A DNA stretch of 64,000 bases. Origin: Guillardia theta CCMP2712. Its lineage: Eukaryota; Protista; Cryptophyta. Shown here piece by piece: positions 1-15,388 of the stretch (position 1 is the first letter of the stretch; every line of letters begins with the position of its first letter). Under the pieces are notes generated by a model that did not search any database, was not told the origin of the DNA, and worked only from the letters and a program-made list of their open reading frames with translations. The position numbers were made by a program, and so were the translations under genes. The stretch covers positions 153,018 through 217,017 of the forward strand of contig NW_005434578.1 of the NCBI RefSeq assembly GCF_000315625.1. The letters run 5' to 3'.

Positions 1-260
1 GGGAGGAAGGCTGCAGGGGGGAAGAGGTACAAGGAGCAGGATCAATAGGTGTGGGAGGACTGGGCCCTGGTCAATGATGCGAGAGTTTGGAGAGGGAGCA
101 GGCAGCAGAGGCAGGATCGGTTCGGAGCTGCATAGTGAGAAAGGTTGATGAAGAACTCCTGCTGTCTTTCACCTTCTACAATGTTTCATAGGAAAGACAG
201 AAAGAAGATGCTTTCTTATATGTGAGAAACAAGGATCCTAGGGCAGAGGATGAGGTGTAA
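1..260 (+). CDS. Possible 3' end of an upstream gene (last exon ERQKEDAFLYVRNKDPRAEDEV*)
   Basis: Coding-like composition, candidate intron gtgag(135)...catag(191), TAA at 258-260; no recognisable motif. Confidence 0.3.
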
Positions 261-432
261 GGGTTTCGGAAGCATTTACGGAGGGCTGACACTGAGCTCC
301 ATTCTGATGCTCTCTTGAATTTTTATACCTCAACTCCCCTGCCTCTGCCCGCACCTCTTGCGTGTTTCCTGACGCCGAGCATTCTCAGCCTGCGTCGGAT
401 TGAAAGAGTCGCGGGGTCTGACCAGCGTCGCC

Positions 433-1301
433 ATGAGCTCGAAGCCGCTGGACGTCGGGACAGTCACGCCTCCCCTCGGGGGGAGCCACGACTCCACCAT
501 CGTCATGCTGCACGGGTCTGGGGACTCGGGGCAGGGGCTCAAGGAGTGGCTGGAGATGGAGGGAGACTTGTTTCGATTCGAGAGGACTAAAGTTATCTTC
601 CCCACCGCGCACCTGCGAGCCTACTCCCTGCTGGGGCCCTACGGCATGCAGCGCGTCTGGTTCGACCGCCTGCGGCTGGACCCGACAGGAAAGGAGGACG
701 TGCCGGGGATGAAGGAGATGGCGGCGCTCGTGAAGGATGTCATCAAGAGCGAGGTAGACGCGGGAATCCCTCTGTCTCGGATTGTGCTGGGAGGTTTCTC
801 CATGGGAGGAGGACAAGCGCTGTTCACTGCCATCTCAGACGACGAGCTTTGCTCTGGCCTAGTAAGAGTGTGCTTGGGGAGGACAAGGAGGCTCTGATAC
901 GGTTCTAGGCCGGTTGCTTTGCTCTCTCGACTTTTCTGTCAGAGAGATCCGTGGTGCCGGGCATGATAGAAGCACACAAGGCTGCGGGGAGGAGGATTAT
1001 GCCCATGTTGCAGGTGAGACTTTGCAGTTGTCAAAATGGAGTGTGAAGGCTGGTGCAGTGGCATGGAGAGGATGATGATATGATCTCCTGCAAGTGGGGA
1101 GAAGATAGTGTCAAGAGGATTCAAGCAGCTGGAGCCGAGGTGGGCCGTGCCCATTCCCCTTCAAGAGGAGGAGAGTTAGCGATGAGAAGAGTAACCATCG
1201 TGCAGATCGACTGGAAAACCTTTGTTGGACTGCAACATAGTCTGCGCTCAGATGAAGTCAAGCAGTTAATGGTATGGATCAACGAGCGTTTATCAGTTTG
1301 A
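433..1301 (+). CDS. Phospholipase/carboxylesterase (acyl-protein thioesterase / LYPLAL1-like), 4 exons
   Basis: LHGSGDSG, nucleophile elbow GFSMGG, HGEDD and LQHSL complete a Ser-Asp-His triad; GT-AG introns 862-908, 1014-1058 and 1140-1205 restore the frame. Confidence 0.9.
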
Positions 1302-1418
1302 TAGCCTTCATGTACAAAAGAAGAAGATCAAGCGCGAAGTTGAGATTCAGATAAAGGGTCTCCAAGTTTTATTCACTCCGTGCTCATAATGTCTGGCTGT
1401 TCGCTATCATCGAACTTG

Positions 1419-3294
1419 TTAGTGATCAGCAAAAAGTTTCAAATCTACAGCGCTGAGGGATAGGCGGGGAAAACGAATCGGTTCCAAGAAGGAAGGGATA
1501 GAGAAAGAAGTTGACATGAGAAGCAATGGAGGGGAGGGCAGATGGACGAGAAGGTTTGGGGAGGACACACAAGGCAACTCACTCTGCTGACGCATGATAG
1601 TTCGACGCGTTTGTTTCAGCTGCCCCTGATATGCAGATGGATGAGTTGCGAGCTGATCGAAGAGCTTTTTCACCTCCCCGATAGAGATCTTCGTTGTCAA
1701 GAGCGCGATCTTCTTCTTCAGATTGATCAACTGATCCCCCTAAACACGAATGGGTGAGGATCGGGTGGAAGCCCCAGGGGGATTCAAGCCTGTGCGATGT
1801 ACTCGATTACAGGAGGAATATTGTTCGATGTCTCCAGCTGCTTCTGTAGAGTCTGCATATACCGATCAGACTAGACAGCCCAAAATCGCATCACCTTCTG
1901 CACATTCTGCTCCTTCACCAGCATCAATTGCACCTGCTCATGTGCGTCAACTATCTCATAAAGCATTCATGTCAATGTTTCGACATGTTCAAGCTCAGTG
2001 CGAATGTTTTCCATCTGCTCTTTCTTGGTCTGTTCGGTCTTGACCAGCCAATCCGTTGACTGCAATTCTCTTGTCATCGACATACGACAGACGACAATCG
2101 TAGGGAGTGGTGAAAACAATCGACCTGTTGTGTTTGCGACAACTCTTCCTTGATCTTATTCAGCCTCCATTGCGCTCGTCCAAGAGTAGCTTTCAGCGAA
2201 AGGGCCTGGAGAAAACAAGCCTTCAGCATTTGCAAAGTCCGAGCTCCATCCATTGCGCATTTGACTGCTACTAGTACAAGAGTTTGGCTGCTACATACTT
2301 CAGCATTCCTTAGGTCAATGTTTTCTAGCAGCTGTTTGTTCTCGATCTGGAGCTGTTCAAAATCTTGGCAGCAAGTCAGCGGCAAGGAATAGCAGTTGGA
2401 AGGCTCCTACCAATCTTTTTCAAACTCTCTCCGGCTTCCTCCTTGTGTTTGAGATCCTCCTCGCTCTTGGACAAAGTGGCTCTGAGACCACGATTCTTCG
2501 TCTCCAACTTGTCTAGCTCGTTGTCTCTCCTCCTCAATGTATCCTGTCACAAACCTTCAATGTCCATCGCAAGAGACCGAGAGCACGGTTCACCTCAAGG
2601 TATGCTATCAGTTTGTTCTGATTCACAGGCAAACCATCCTTGAGAAAGTTCTGCCTGAACTGAATTTGCTCCATCATAGTGTTGGTAATGATCTCTTCCT
2701 GGGTGTCTATCTGAGCCTGCAGTGAGTCGACCAGCTTGTCAAACTTCGCCCGGATCTGATTGAGCTGCTTGCGCTGCTCGTCCGACACTCCGTTTGCCAG
2801 TGTCAGCTTCTCGTTGATAGTCAGCGACAGAGGAACTGCCCTTGCGCTGGCATCCTTCTCCTTCTTCTTCTGCTTGCCAGTTGTCGGCGCATCCACCTCG
2901 ACCCTTCCAGCCGGCTCTGTGAGATTCAGCGAAGCGATGACCTGCATTAACCTACAACAAATAAGGAAAATGAGAAGTCAGTCAGCGCCAGTGATGGTCC
3001 ACTCAGGTGACTCAGGCATTGAGTCACTGTCACTGACAAGTGGCCAGCCGTCACTGCCGCGGCTCGCCACCAAGGCAGTACCGTACTGCCGTGAACTGGA
3101 GCGGCCAATCCCCGGCCAGTACGGTGAGGTGTGACAGATCGGATACCGTACGGTACTGGCCCGTATACCGTACAGCCTGTGGGCTGACAGGAGCAACGGG
3201 AGGAGCAAGTGACTTACATGTGGTTCTCAGCCTCGAGCGCTCGCGTCTCTCTCTGCACCAGCTCGAGATCCGCCACGCTCGCCTCCCCTGCCAT
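1419..3294 (-). CDS. CCDC113: Ciliary coiled-coil protein, CCDC113/CFAP263 (DUF4201 family)
   Basis: Spliced product contains LTINEKLTLA and EEAGESLKKI/DFEQLQIENKQLLENIDLRNAE, typical of DUF4201; exon 1 MAGEASVADLELVQRETRALEAENH (3294-3218); intron 1 2952-3217; 3' end approximate. Confidence 0.8.
2975..3190. repeat. Micro-hairpin-rich tract in CCDC113 intron 1
   Basis: ggcagtac-c-gtactgcc (3074-3090), taccgtacggta palindrome, tgactca...tgagtca. Confidence 0.75.
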
Positions 3295-3388
3295 GCCGTC
3301 GAACCCCCGCTTGTCAAACCGTTCAACGGTTCAACGTTCGGTCCTCATGTAACCGTTTGCAACCGATGATGGATTGAACAGTCCGGGT

Positions 3389-4800
3389 ATGATGGCTGAC
3401 CAGATCAGCGGCATCATGCAAGGCAGGCAGCAAGGCAGGTGCAGGGCAGCGTGCGGCGCCTGATGCGGGCGCGTGGATGGACTTGCGCGCGCTCTATGGG
3501 GTTGGGACATGGCTGACTGCTAACGCTCATGACGGCGCGGGAAGGAGGCGGCAGAAGGCCGCTCATCGGTACTGGGCTGGAGGAAGAGGCGACGTTCGAG
3601 TACGACGTACGGGAGTACCCCTGGAGAGAGGTAATCCAGTCTATCCTGGAGGTGGAAGGAATGCCTCTTGAGGAACTTCACAAGACTGAGGAGGCGAAGC
3701 TGCACCTGCTGGAGGCTGGGGACAAGGAGTTCCAGCAAGGTTGGGGCCCTGGCCGCAGAGCAAACCCTTTCCTGAGAAAGTGGAAGACGTTCTGGAGCAG
3801 GGATAGCACCGTACAAGACCCCCGGACAAAGCGGTGAAGAGCTCACATCTCAGTGTTGATATGTTCGATGATAATACATCGTGCTATGCTCGATCATGGT
3901 TGGTAAATTTTCTTGACATGCTCGTCGTGTGTTGATGATCCGTGTTGCCATGTTGATGATGATCGATCAGTGTTGAAATGTTGTATGATGGTTGAGAATC
4001 GTTTGTGCAGATTCAATGATCTCCTGCACCGATTCGTTCGAGACTTCATATCTCCCAGGATGGGCAATGAAACTATCATATACCAGAGGGAGCCAACACT
4101 CCGCGTCGTTTTCCCCTCTCCGTTTGTCCCTGGAAAGAGGCACACAGACAGCGAGTACCATCATCAGCCAGCAGAGGTATGAGCTGCTTCCCAGCTGCGA
4201 GCACGGCTGACCCGCCTGCTCCTCCAAGGTCAACTGGTGGTTCCCCGTGTCTTGCAGGGTGTGGGGAACCAACAGTCTATGGGTTGAGTCGGAGCCAGGC
4301 AAGGTGAGCAGCGAGCGGCAGGTGCACGGGGTGAGAGCTCGGGGCTGACATGTTAGCAGGAGGACTTTCACTCCCTCGACTTGAAGTACGGGGAGGTGAA
4401 GACTCTTGGGAGATCACATCGAGCCCTCTACATGTCAGTGACTGTGAGGCTTCAGGTTTGCCGTTTCTATGGCAATCAGTGCGTGCATTACTGCGAGCCG
4501 AACTCGACCGAGTACACGCGCGTCTCTATAGATCTCCGTGCGATCCCATGTACTGATGCAGTGATGAGCTTGAGCTACTTCGAGGGCCGTGACACCACTG
4601 ATTGATTGATGCTCGCAGTGTCCAAGTTCGATCCCCTCTACTCGCACAGGAGCGACAGAGTTTCCTTCCGGCTTGGCGGCTATTACCTCTCTACGCATGG
4701 AATCGGCGGCGAGAGTAGCAGGCCGCCCCATCAGCAACGGTCAACGGCCCCGGAGGCTCCCGGGGGCATCATCGGATCAAGCTTCCCGACTCACTACTAA
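3389..4800 (+). CDS. StrG-like 2OG-Fe(II) oxygenase (PhyH-like DSBH fold), multi-exon
   Basis: YQREPTLRV, HTDSEYHHQPAEVNWWFP (HxD), NSLWVESEPGK, FYGNQCVHYCEPNSTEYTRVSIDLR (distal His and RxS); start uncertain (3389 or 3529). Confidence 0.75.
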
Positions 4801-5730
4801 TTTGAACAATAACCGTACTGGCAAGTTGTCCGAAGTGCAGCGGCTGAGTAGTACTGACACAGATCTGAATTGGACTGTGTCTCCGCGGCACTGAGTGTGA
4901 GTTGACGGTGAGCCTGACTATCATATCGTGGCTCAGCTCCGGGACTCGAGTCAGTGCGGCCGCAGCCCAGGCTGACCGACTGAGCGGCCTCGGAGCCCCG
5001 GGCCCGAGAGCGCCGCCGGCCGCCAGCCGCGGCCGGGGCCCGCCGTACGGTCGCCGCCGGTGGCAGTGAGTCACGGCGGCGCCGCAACTCATCAACGGTT
5101 TACGTTGCCAAGTTCGGACCGTACCGTCCGGCGGCGTACCGTCCGACTCGGTGCCCGGCCAGTGACGCCGGGCGGCCCATACTGATACCGAGTAATACCG
5201 TCACTGCTGAGGGCGGCCCGCCCAGGCCTCACTCAGCCAGGCTCCGAGCCCGGCCGGAGCGGCTACCGTACGTGACCGTACGGGTAGTACCGTCGGAGGC
5301 TAGCGCCTAGGCTCCGGGAGGCCGATTGCCGCGCCATGATTGCCGCCGGCCGCGCAGTGACTCGCCGTCACGGTCCTCGGCGGCGTACGGTCACTGGGCG
5401 GCCGCCGTGATGATGTTCAAGTACTTAGTACGCCGGTACTATATCTCAGGGCCGAATTTTGAGTAACTTACTTAGCCCGGGGGCCGACTCTGTGACCGTA
5501 TCGGACGGTGACTCGGTTGACCGTACTTGAACGGCCGGGCCGGGCCGGGCCGGGCCAGTCACACCGTACTGTGTGTTTTAACAATAATGTACGGTCGCCG
5601 GATGTTTCTTTATGAACATTTAACCAGCACAGCTTTACTCATTTTTAACTTAACTTTGAGTAGACTACTCAAAGTTAAGTTTTCAACAAGTGTCCCTCGC
5701 CGGACTCCGGGAGTAAAGCAGTCAAAACTT
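4801..5730. repeat. Micro-hairpin/palindrome-rich intergenic tract
   Basis: Dense gactcgagtc, tgcggccgca, ccgtacgg, (ggccg)n, and a perfect 17-bp-arm hairpin at 5647-5681. Confidence 0.8.
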
Positions 5731-6592
5731 GACAAGTTGACAGACGCCGAGCCAGCAGCTACCTGGTTGAGTGAAATGATTCGTACACCTCGAGATATCA
5801 TCGGGTTTATCCGGCTCTTTCGAACATACCGAGGTGACAGTCACGTTACCTCAGGTTCGTGAGAATCGGAATGAGTGTTTGTACCATAAACTTTTAGTTA
5901 CCCTGGGGAGAGCAGCGTTGATATGCCGCGCAAACCCTGATCCGCTGTAACTGTCAATGTAACTGATGTCACGTGGCCCATACAACTGCATCGCCCCGAC
6001 GGAGTGCGGATAATTTTTTTATTGACCAGAGCGAAAACAAATCTTTTCGTTGCGGTTTCGGACATCAACGGCCAAAAGAAGAGTTATCGTTTTTCCTCCG
6101 GTCAGCTCGGAGCTTTAGGAGAGTTTCACGCGTGGCCCAGAGGTCCAGATTCCCAGATCCCGTGGTACTAATTTTACTCAATAAATTTGAAATAATCTGG
6201 ACCAATGGCATAAAAGAGAATTTTATTCCCAAAGGTCCAGTTTTTGAACCGTTGTGGTCGAGTTTGTCAGCAGGGCAGTTGCACCCCCACAGGGGCCCAC
6301 CGATAGAATCAGGGGGTGGGGTACTGACCGGACCGTAAATGTGCCTAGCCCAAGCTCCATTCTATGCCGCAATACATATGATGGTATTCAGAAAATATCT
6401 AACCCTTCCTATACCAACCAATGTAAACGACAGGCTCGGGCGGAAAAGACCGTGACACGATCGTGACAATTTCACATTTAAAAATATGTATATTTGAAAT
6501 ATATTTCAAACAGGTTCTGGGAATCTGGACCTCTGGGCCACGCGTGAAACGCTCCTTAATAGGAACCTCCGCTAGTTTCGCGGCACAGAGCT

Positions 6593-7162
6593 ATGGCACA
6601 ATGCCATGCTTCTGTGCTCGACCTCGAGGACGCTATCGAGTCCATCTTTCCTTCAGAGAGCCACCAGCACTGCCAGCTCCCTGCATCCTGCTTTGAGTTT
6701 GCGCCGCAAGTAGACCTGGGGCTTCTGCTGCGCTGGGAGGACGACGAGGCTTCTTCGAATGATATGTACCTGATGGCCAAGGACGAGTGTGCGGAGAGGC
6801 AATACGACAACAGCGACTGCTCGTCTGCTCAGAGTCAGTCGCCCGTTCAAATCCACCCCGAGCCCTTGCTGGACAACGTCCCAAAATATCGCAGGCAAAA
6901 GAAGCGTCAGGCCAAGATCCAAGGGAGCGTTCAGATGCGTTGGAGCAAGGAGGAGCATAATCGTTTTTTGGAGGGAGTTGCAAGGTTCTGCCCGTATGCG
7001 GAGCTTTCACGATCAGGAGACGGAGAGGGCAGAGTTTTTGTGGGGCTTGGTCCGGGGATTGCTCAAGCCATTGCGTGCGTGGTTGGGACGCGAACAGAGC
7101 TGCAGGTTAGATCGCATGCGCAGAAGTATTTCTTAAAGGAAAGCTCTCGTCGAAGCAACTGA
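6593..7162 (+). CDS. MYB-related transcription factor, SHAQKYF class, intronless
   Basis: RWSKEEHNRFLEGV ... IACVVGTRTELQVRSHAQKYF. Confidence 0.92.
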   Translation: MAQCHASVLDLEDAIESIFPSESHQHCQLPASCFEFAPQVDLGLLLRWEDDEASSNDMYLMAKDECAERQYDNSDCSSAQSQSPVQIHPEPLLDNVPKYRRQKKRQAKIQGSVQMRWSKEEHNRFLEGVARFCPYAELSRSGDGEGRVFVGLGPGIAQAIACVVGTRTELQVRSHAQKYFLKESSRRSN

Positions 7163-7920
7163 ACCTCTCAAAGTTTTCTATAAAAAGTTTTGTGTTGTGT
7201 CGTATATGAGTTGATGTAAGTTGTACCTGGGAGAACGGAAGGGAGGGTTGGTTTCCTGGCCATCTCCTCTTCTTGACTCGCAGTCTGCCGCCGTACCATC
7301 GAGTGCCTGGTGGTGGGTAGAACGGCGAAGTGCCTGCCATTCGCAAGCTCATGACAGAACATGTAGACTAGCATGCATCACAACTCTTTCCTTGTTCGGA
7401 AAGACTGCCATGGCTGCGACGAAATCGATAATCGGTCGTGCAAGGATAATGCTTCAAGCTGATGAGAAAGCACTTTCATACTCTCACAATCATGCACGAT
7501 ACTGCACATGCTTGTGGTTTCGACTCTGATTATGATGTCTGACTTCAATATCGCTGTTCGAACTATCACGATCACGCTTCCAAATCGCAACAATGCTTTT
7601 TTTTTTGTTATTATTTTTTTGTTTTACGCATTTTTCGGGAGATGACTATGCAGCACCGCCGGGTGTGAACTTTAGGGAAGGAGGAGAGCGGAAGAGGAGG
7701 GGGAGGAGGTGAGGAACAAGAGGAAGAGGAGACATAGGAAGAGGATCTTGCTAGGGAGAGAAACTCCCTGTCCTAGTGGGTCAAACGGAGGCATGTCCCT
7801 GGCTCGGATCCCTCTTAAGCGCCCAGAGCGGTAGGGTGCAAGGGGGGGCCGTTGAGCGTTTGGATGTGCCAGAGCGGTTGGGAGTTGGCTTCGAGAACAT
7901 TCTTTCCTGCGATCCTCAAC

Positions 7921-11735
<3,815 letters not shown>

Positions 11736-11749
11736 GAGGCAGGAGGTGC

Positions 11750-13283
11750 TAGCCGACCTGTTGCTCCATCCTCTTGTATTCTCAGCATTAGACATCGACC
11801 CGACAGGTCGCTCGCACCGCCAACAACTCAGCATGATACGCTACCATCCTGGCTGTCCCCGGCATCCCAACCTCGTCGCTCTGCTAAATCACAAGGGCCA
11901 ACACGCACTTTCCTCTACACTTTTAGACATACTGAGTCCCCCCAAACGTTCCTCCAGCATTCCCGTATCCTGTTCACCCTCAGCATCAGCATCTCACTCC
12001 TCCCCTTCTGCCTCCCTCCTCAAACCTGTTGAATATCCTTGTCCGAAGAACGGCCCTCCTCCTGGAGGAATCTCTTCGTAATCCCTGCCCTCCCTTGCCC
12101 TGATGGTCCGGCTCTCGTCACTCAAGACCTCTCCCTCCTCTCTCCTCCCTCCTCTCACCTTGCGAACGCAGTACAGCATGCACAGCAGCAGCAGCACAGG
12201 AGCAGGATCCATAGAGGGTTAAGGAGGATACTCAGGGGCCCTCCAAGACCCATGGACCCAGCGGAGCTCGCGGCGGCCAGCAGCATCACGATCACTCGCG
12301 GCTCATTAGCCAGCGTCTCCGGCATCCCCTTCCTAAACGTTGCCGACCAGGCATCAGTCAGCTGTCCCCATCCCTTGGATATTGTAACGAATCTCTTCCC
12401 CGTCGACTGATCGTTGATGTCCACCTCTGTCCCGAAGTTCCGGCTCATGGTGGATATGGCGACTATGTCGCCCTCCTTGTTCTGGATGGTGTACTGGGAG
12501 ATCGCCGAGCTCGACGCGGCGATCTGCTCCGAGATGGTCGCAATGTCCTCCTTAGCGCAGTCCTGCACGTAAATGTTGGTGACAGTAGTGATGGCGTCCT
12601 GATGGCTAGAAGCCACGAGTTTCCCGTCGTTGTCCTGCCATGTTTGCTCGCTTGCGAAGCTGAAAGGTTGAGACCTGACAAGGCCAAGAGGAACGACGCT
12701 CTCCTTGCCATCCTCGTCCACTTTCACTCCAGACACCTCTAGGGTATGAGACCAGGTCCAGAACAGCTGGTTGACATAGTAGGTACGAAATTTGGGAGGG
12801 AGTGGACAGCCGTCCGAGCTCTTCCCAAAATCTTCTGTGGAGGAGACAGTATAGTTCGCTGTTGCTGTGCTGTTGTCGGTAGAGTTAGACAGCAGAGACT
12901 CGAGAAGCTGCATCGCTGTCCCCCTTTCATACAGATTTGATTCCATGCGCAGGCTGAGGTCGGCCTTGTTCCCATTTTGAAGGGTCGCCAACACGCAGAT
13001 CAGCAGACACGAGCATGCCACAGCTATGATACGAAAGGATCTGGAACTTTCCCTCCTCCTGCGCTGCACTGGCGCTACCTGCTCTACACTTTGCAACTCT
13101 ACGTCCATGTTCCCTTGCAAATTCAATTCTTCTCCATCACAGTCAGCTGACAAGCTCTTCCTCAGATCCCCAGTCTACACAACCCAAGTTGGAGGACAAG
13201 AAAGAAGCGCTTTCTTGGATTTCAGCTCCTTCTCCTCGCTCTCATGCTCTCCCCCTCCCCTCCTACTTCACTCCTCCGCCCAT
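11750..13283 (-). CDS. Membrane-anchored LURP-one/Tubby-C2/scramblase-like domain protein
   Basis: N-terminal [17 protein letters not shown]; repeated beta-hairpin pattern ([64 protein letters not shown]); Cys-rich C-terminal TM; main exon ~12155-13108, termini approximate. Confidence 0.65.
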
Positions 13284-13489
13284 GGCGCTCAGAGCTATTT
13301 TCGTCACTTGGAACATGGTGGGGATGAGGGTAATTGAACTGTATGAGGGACCGGGCCAAACTTGAAGCCCAATATGATACTGCGAAAGTTTGAAAGTTTG
13401 AAAGTTTGAAACTTTCAGAGTTGAGCAATGAAAGTTGAGCAAATGAAACTCGTTTGTCCCGATGGCGAACAAGCGCTAGCCCAGCCATG

Positions 13490-13549
13490 GCTCCTGCTCC
13501 TGCTCCTGCTCCTACCCCTGACCCTGACCCTGACCCTGACCCTGACCCT

Positions 13550-13648
<99 letters not shown>

Positions 13649-13828
13649 GCACTCTGATCCTGCTCCTGCTCCTGGCACTCTGCTCCTGCTTCTACTCTTG
13701 TTCCTCCTGCGGACCCCTCATTCTCTCTCTCTCCATCCACCCACCCACTATCCATCCATCCATCCATCCATCCATCCATCCATCCATCCATCCATCCATC
13801 CATCCATCCATCCATCCATCCATCCATC
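13490..13828. repeat. Compound microsatellite (CTCCTG)n, (ACCCTG)n, (CCAT)n
   Basis: Directly visible. Confidence 0.95.
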
Positions 13829-14020
13829 GTACTATACCCTTTGGGCCTCTGTGATGGTTTCTGTTTGTCTATTTACCTTCTTTGGTGATCAATGAATTGC
13901 TAAACGAGTTGCAGCAGGCGTTGTACGAGAAGCTCGAGCTCTAGCAAGGAGCTGCATGCTTGTAGATACATCATGGTGGTCTGATTAGCAAGCATTGGTC
14001 TCCCTGTTCAACGTCGAAGC

Positions 14021-15309
14021 ATGACGGAAAGCAAGCGGTCAACCGCCAAGGGCATGCAGAGAAGAAACGACAGTTATGATTCTACCTGCCTGGTGTGTGA
14101 AAGACATGTCAGTACGAGGCAGCAAAGGCACTGCAAGCTCTGCCTCCCAAAGGTGCTGCAGGAGCTGAGAGGTCATGTCAAGGAGGTATCACAACGAGCT
14201 GCGAGGGCGAGGGAGAAGCTGGCGGGTGAGATCGAGAGGAGAGACAAGAGTGACAGGAGTCGACCCCAGGCAACAAGGTCACTGACAGGAGCAGCGATAC
14301 TGCAGGACCGCTGCTCCTCTATCCGCGATCAGATCTTTGAGGGGCGGATCGATGCGGCAGACCTGAGGTTTCAGCAGCTTGAAGCTCAGAGGAGGTTGGA
14401 GCAAGCCTGGATGACGCTCTCTCAGAAGCACGACCACATCTTGGAGAACGTGCTGTTCTCGACTGAGAGGAGACTTCACGGCTTGCTGGCTGAGAAGGTC
14501 TCGGAGTTGGCCATGCAGAGGGCGCAGAAGGTACATGAAGTGGTGAAGCTTTTTCAGGTGTGAACTTGTATCATTGTCATTGTCATTGTCATCATATTTC
14601 AATCTGCGTTGCCATCTTGCATCATAGTCGTATCTATCATCCCAATCTTCTTCTACTACTTCTTGTTTCCTCTCTCCTCCTCTTCCTCCTCCTTCTCCTC
14701 CTCCTCCTCTACCTCCTCCTCCTCCTCTACCTCCTCCTCCTCCTCCTACTCTTCTGACCTCAATCAAGGTCAAAGTCACGAGCACTTGCGCGGAGATCCA
14801 GGGGCTGCCTTGTCCGAGGTACATGCACTCACTCAATAGGAAGAGAAACGACGCCGAGTGCAACGCGATGGCGCAGGTAAAGAGACCATGATTTGATGGT
14901 AGATCTGCTCACTGTAGCCGTTGTTAATCTCCTCTCCTCTCTATCTCGCTCTCCTCCACGTCCCCCCTTCTCTCTCACTCTTCCCCCTCTCTCCCTCTCT
15001 CCCTCCTCACCCCTGATTCCAATCTCTTCTTCTGACTTGTCTTGTCGCTGCAGCTCTCGCGGCTCACTGTCCTCATCGCCAAGTATCTGTCCGTGTCGCT
15101 TCCGTTCCGTGTTGACGTCAGGCCGTCGCACTGCGTCATCTACGGGGGAGGAAAGGAGGGAGGGAGGGAGTACCCTCTCTCTTCTCCTCCTAACGGCAAC
15201 GAGATCGTAGATGATGAGCAATGGGCTCGTCACCATCGCCATGCTCTCTACCTCCTCGCCATGAACGTCCGGCATGTCATGCTGACGCAGGCAACATCTC
15301 CTCCGCATA

Positions 15310-15388
<79 letters not shown>

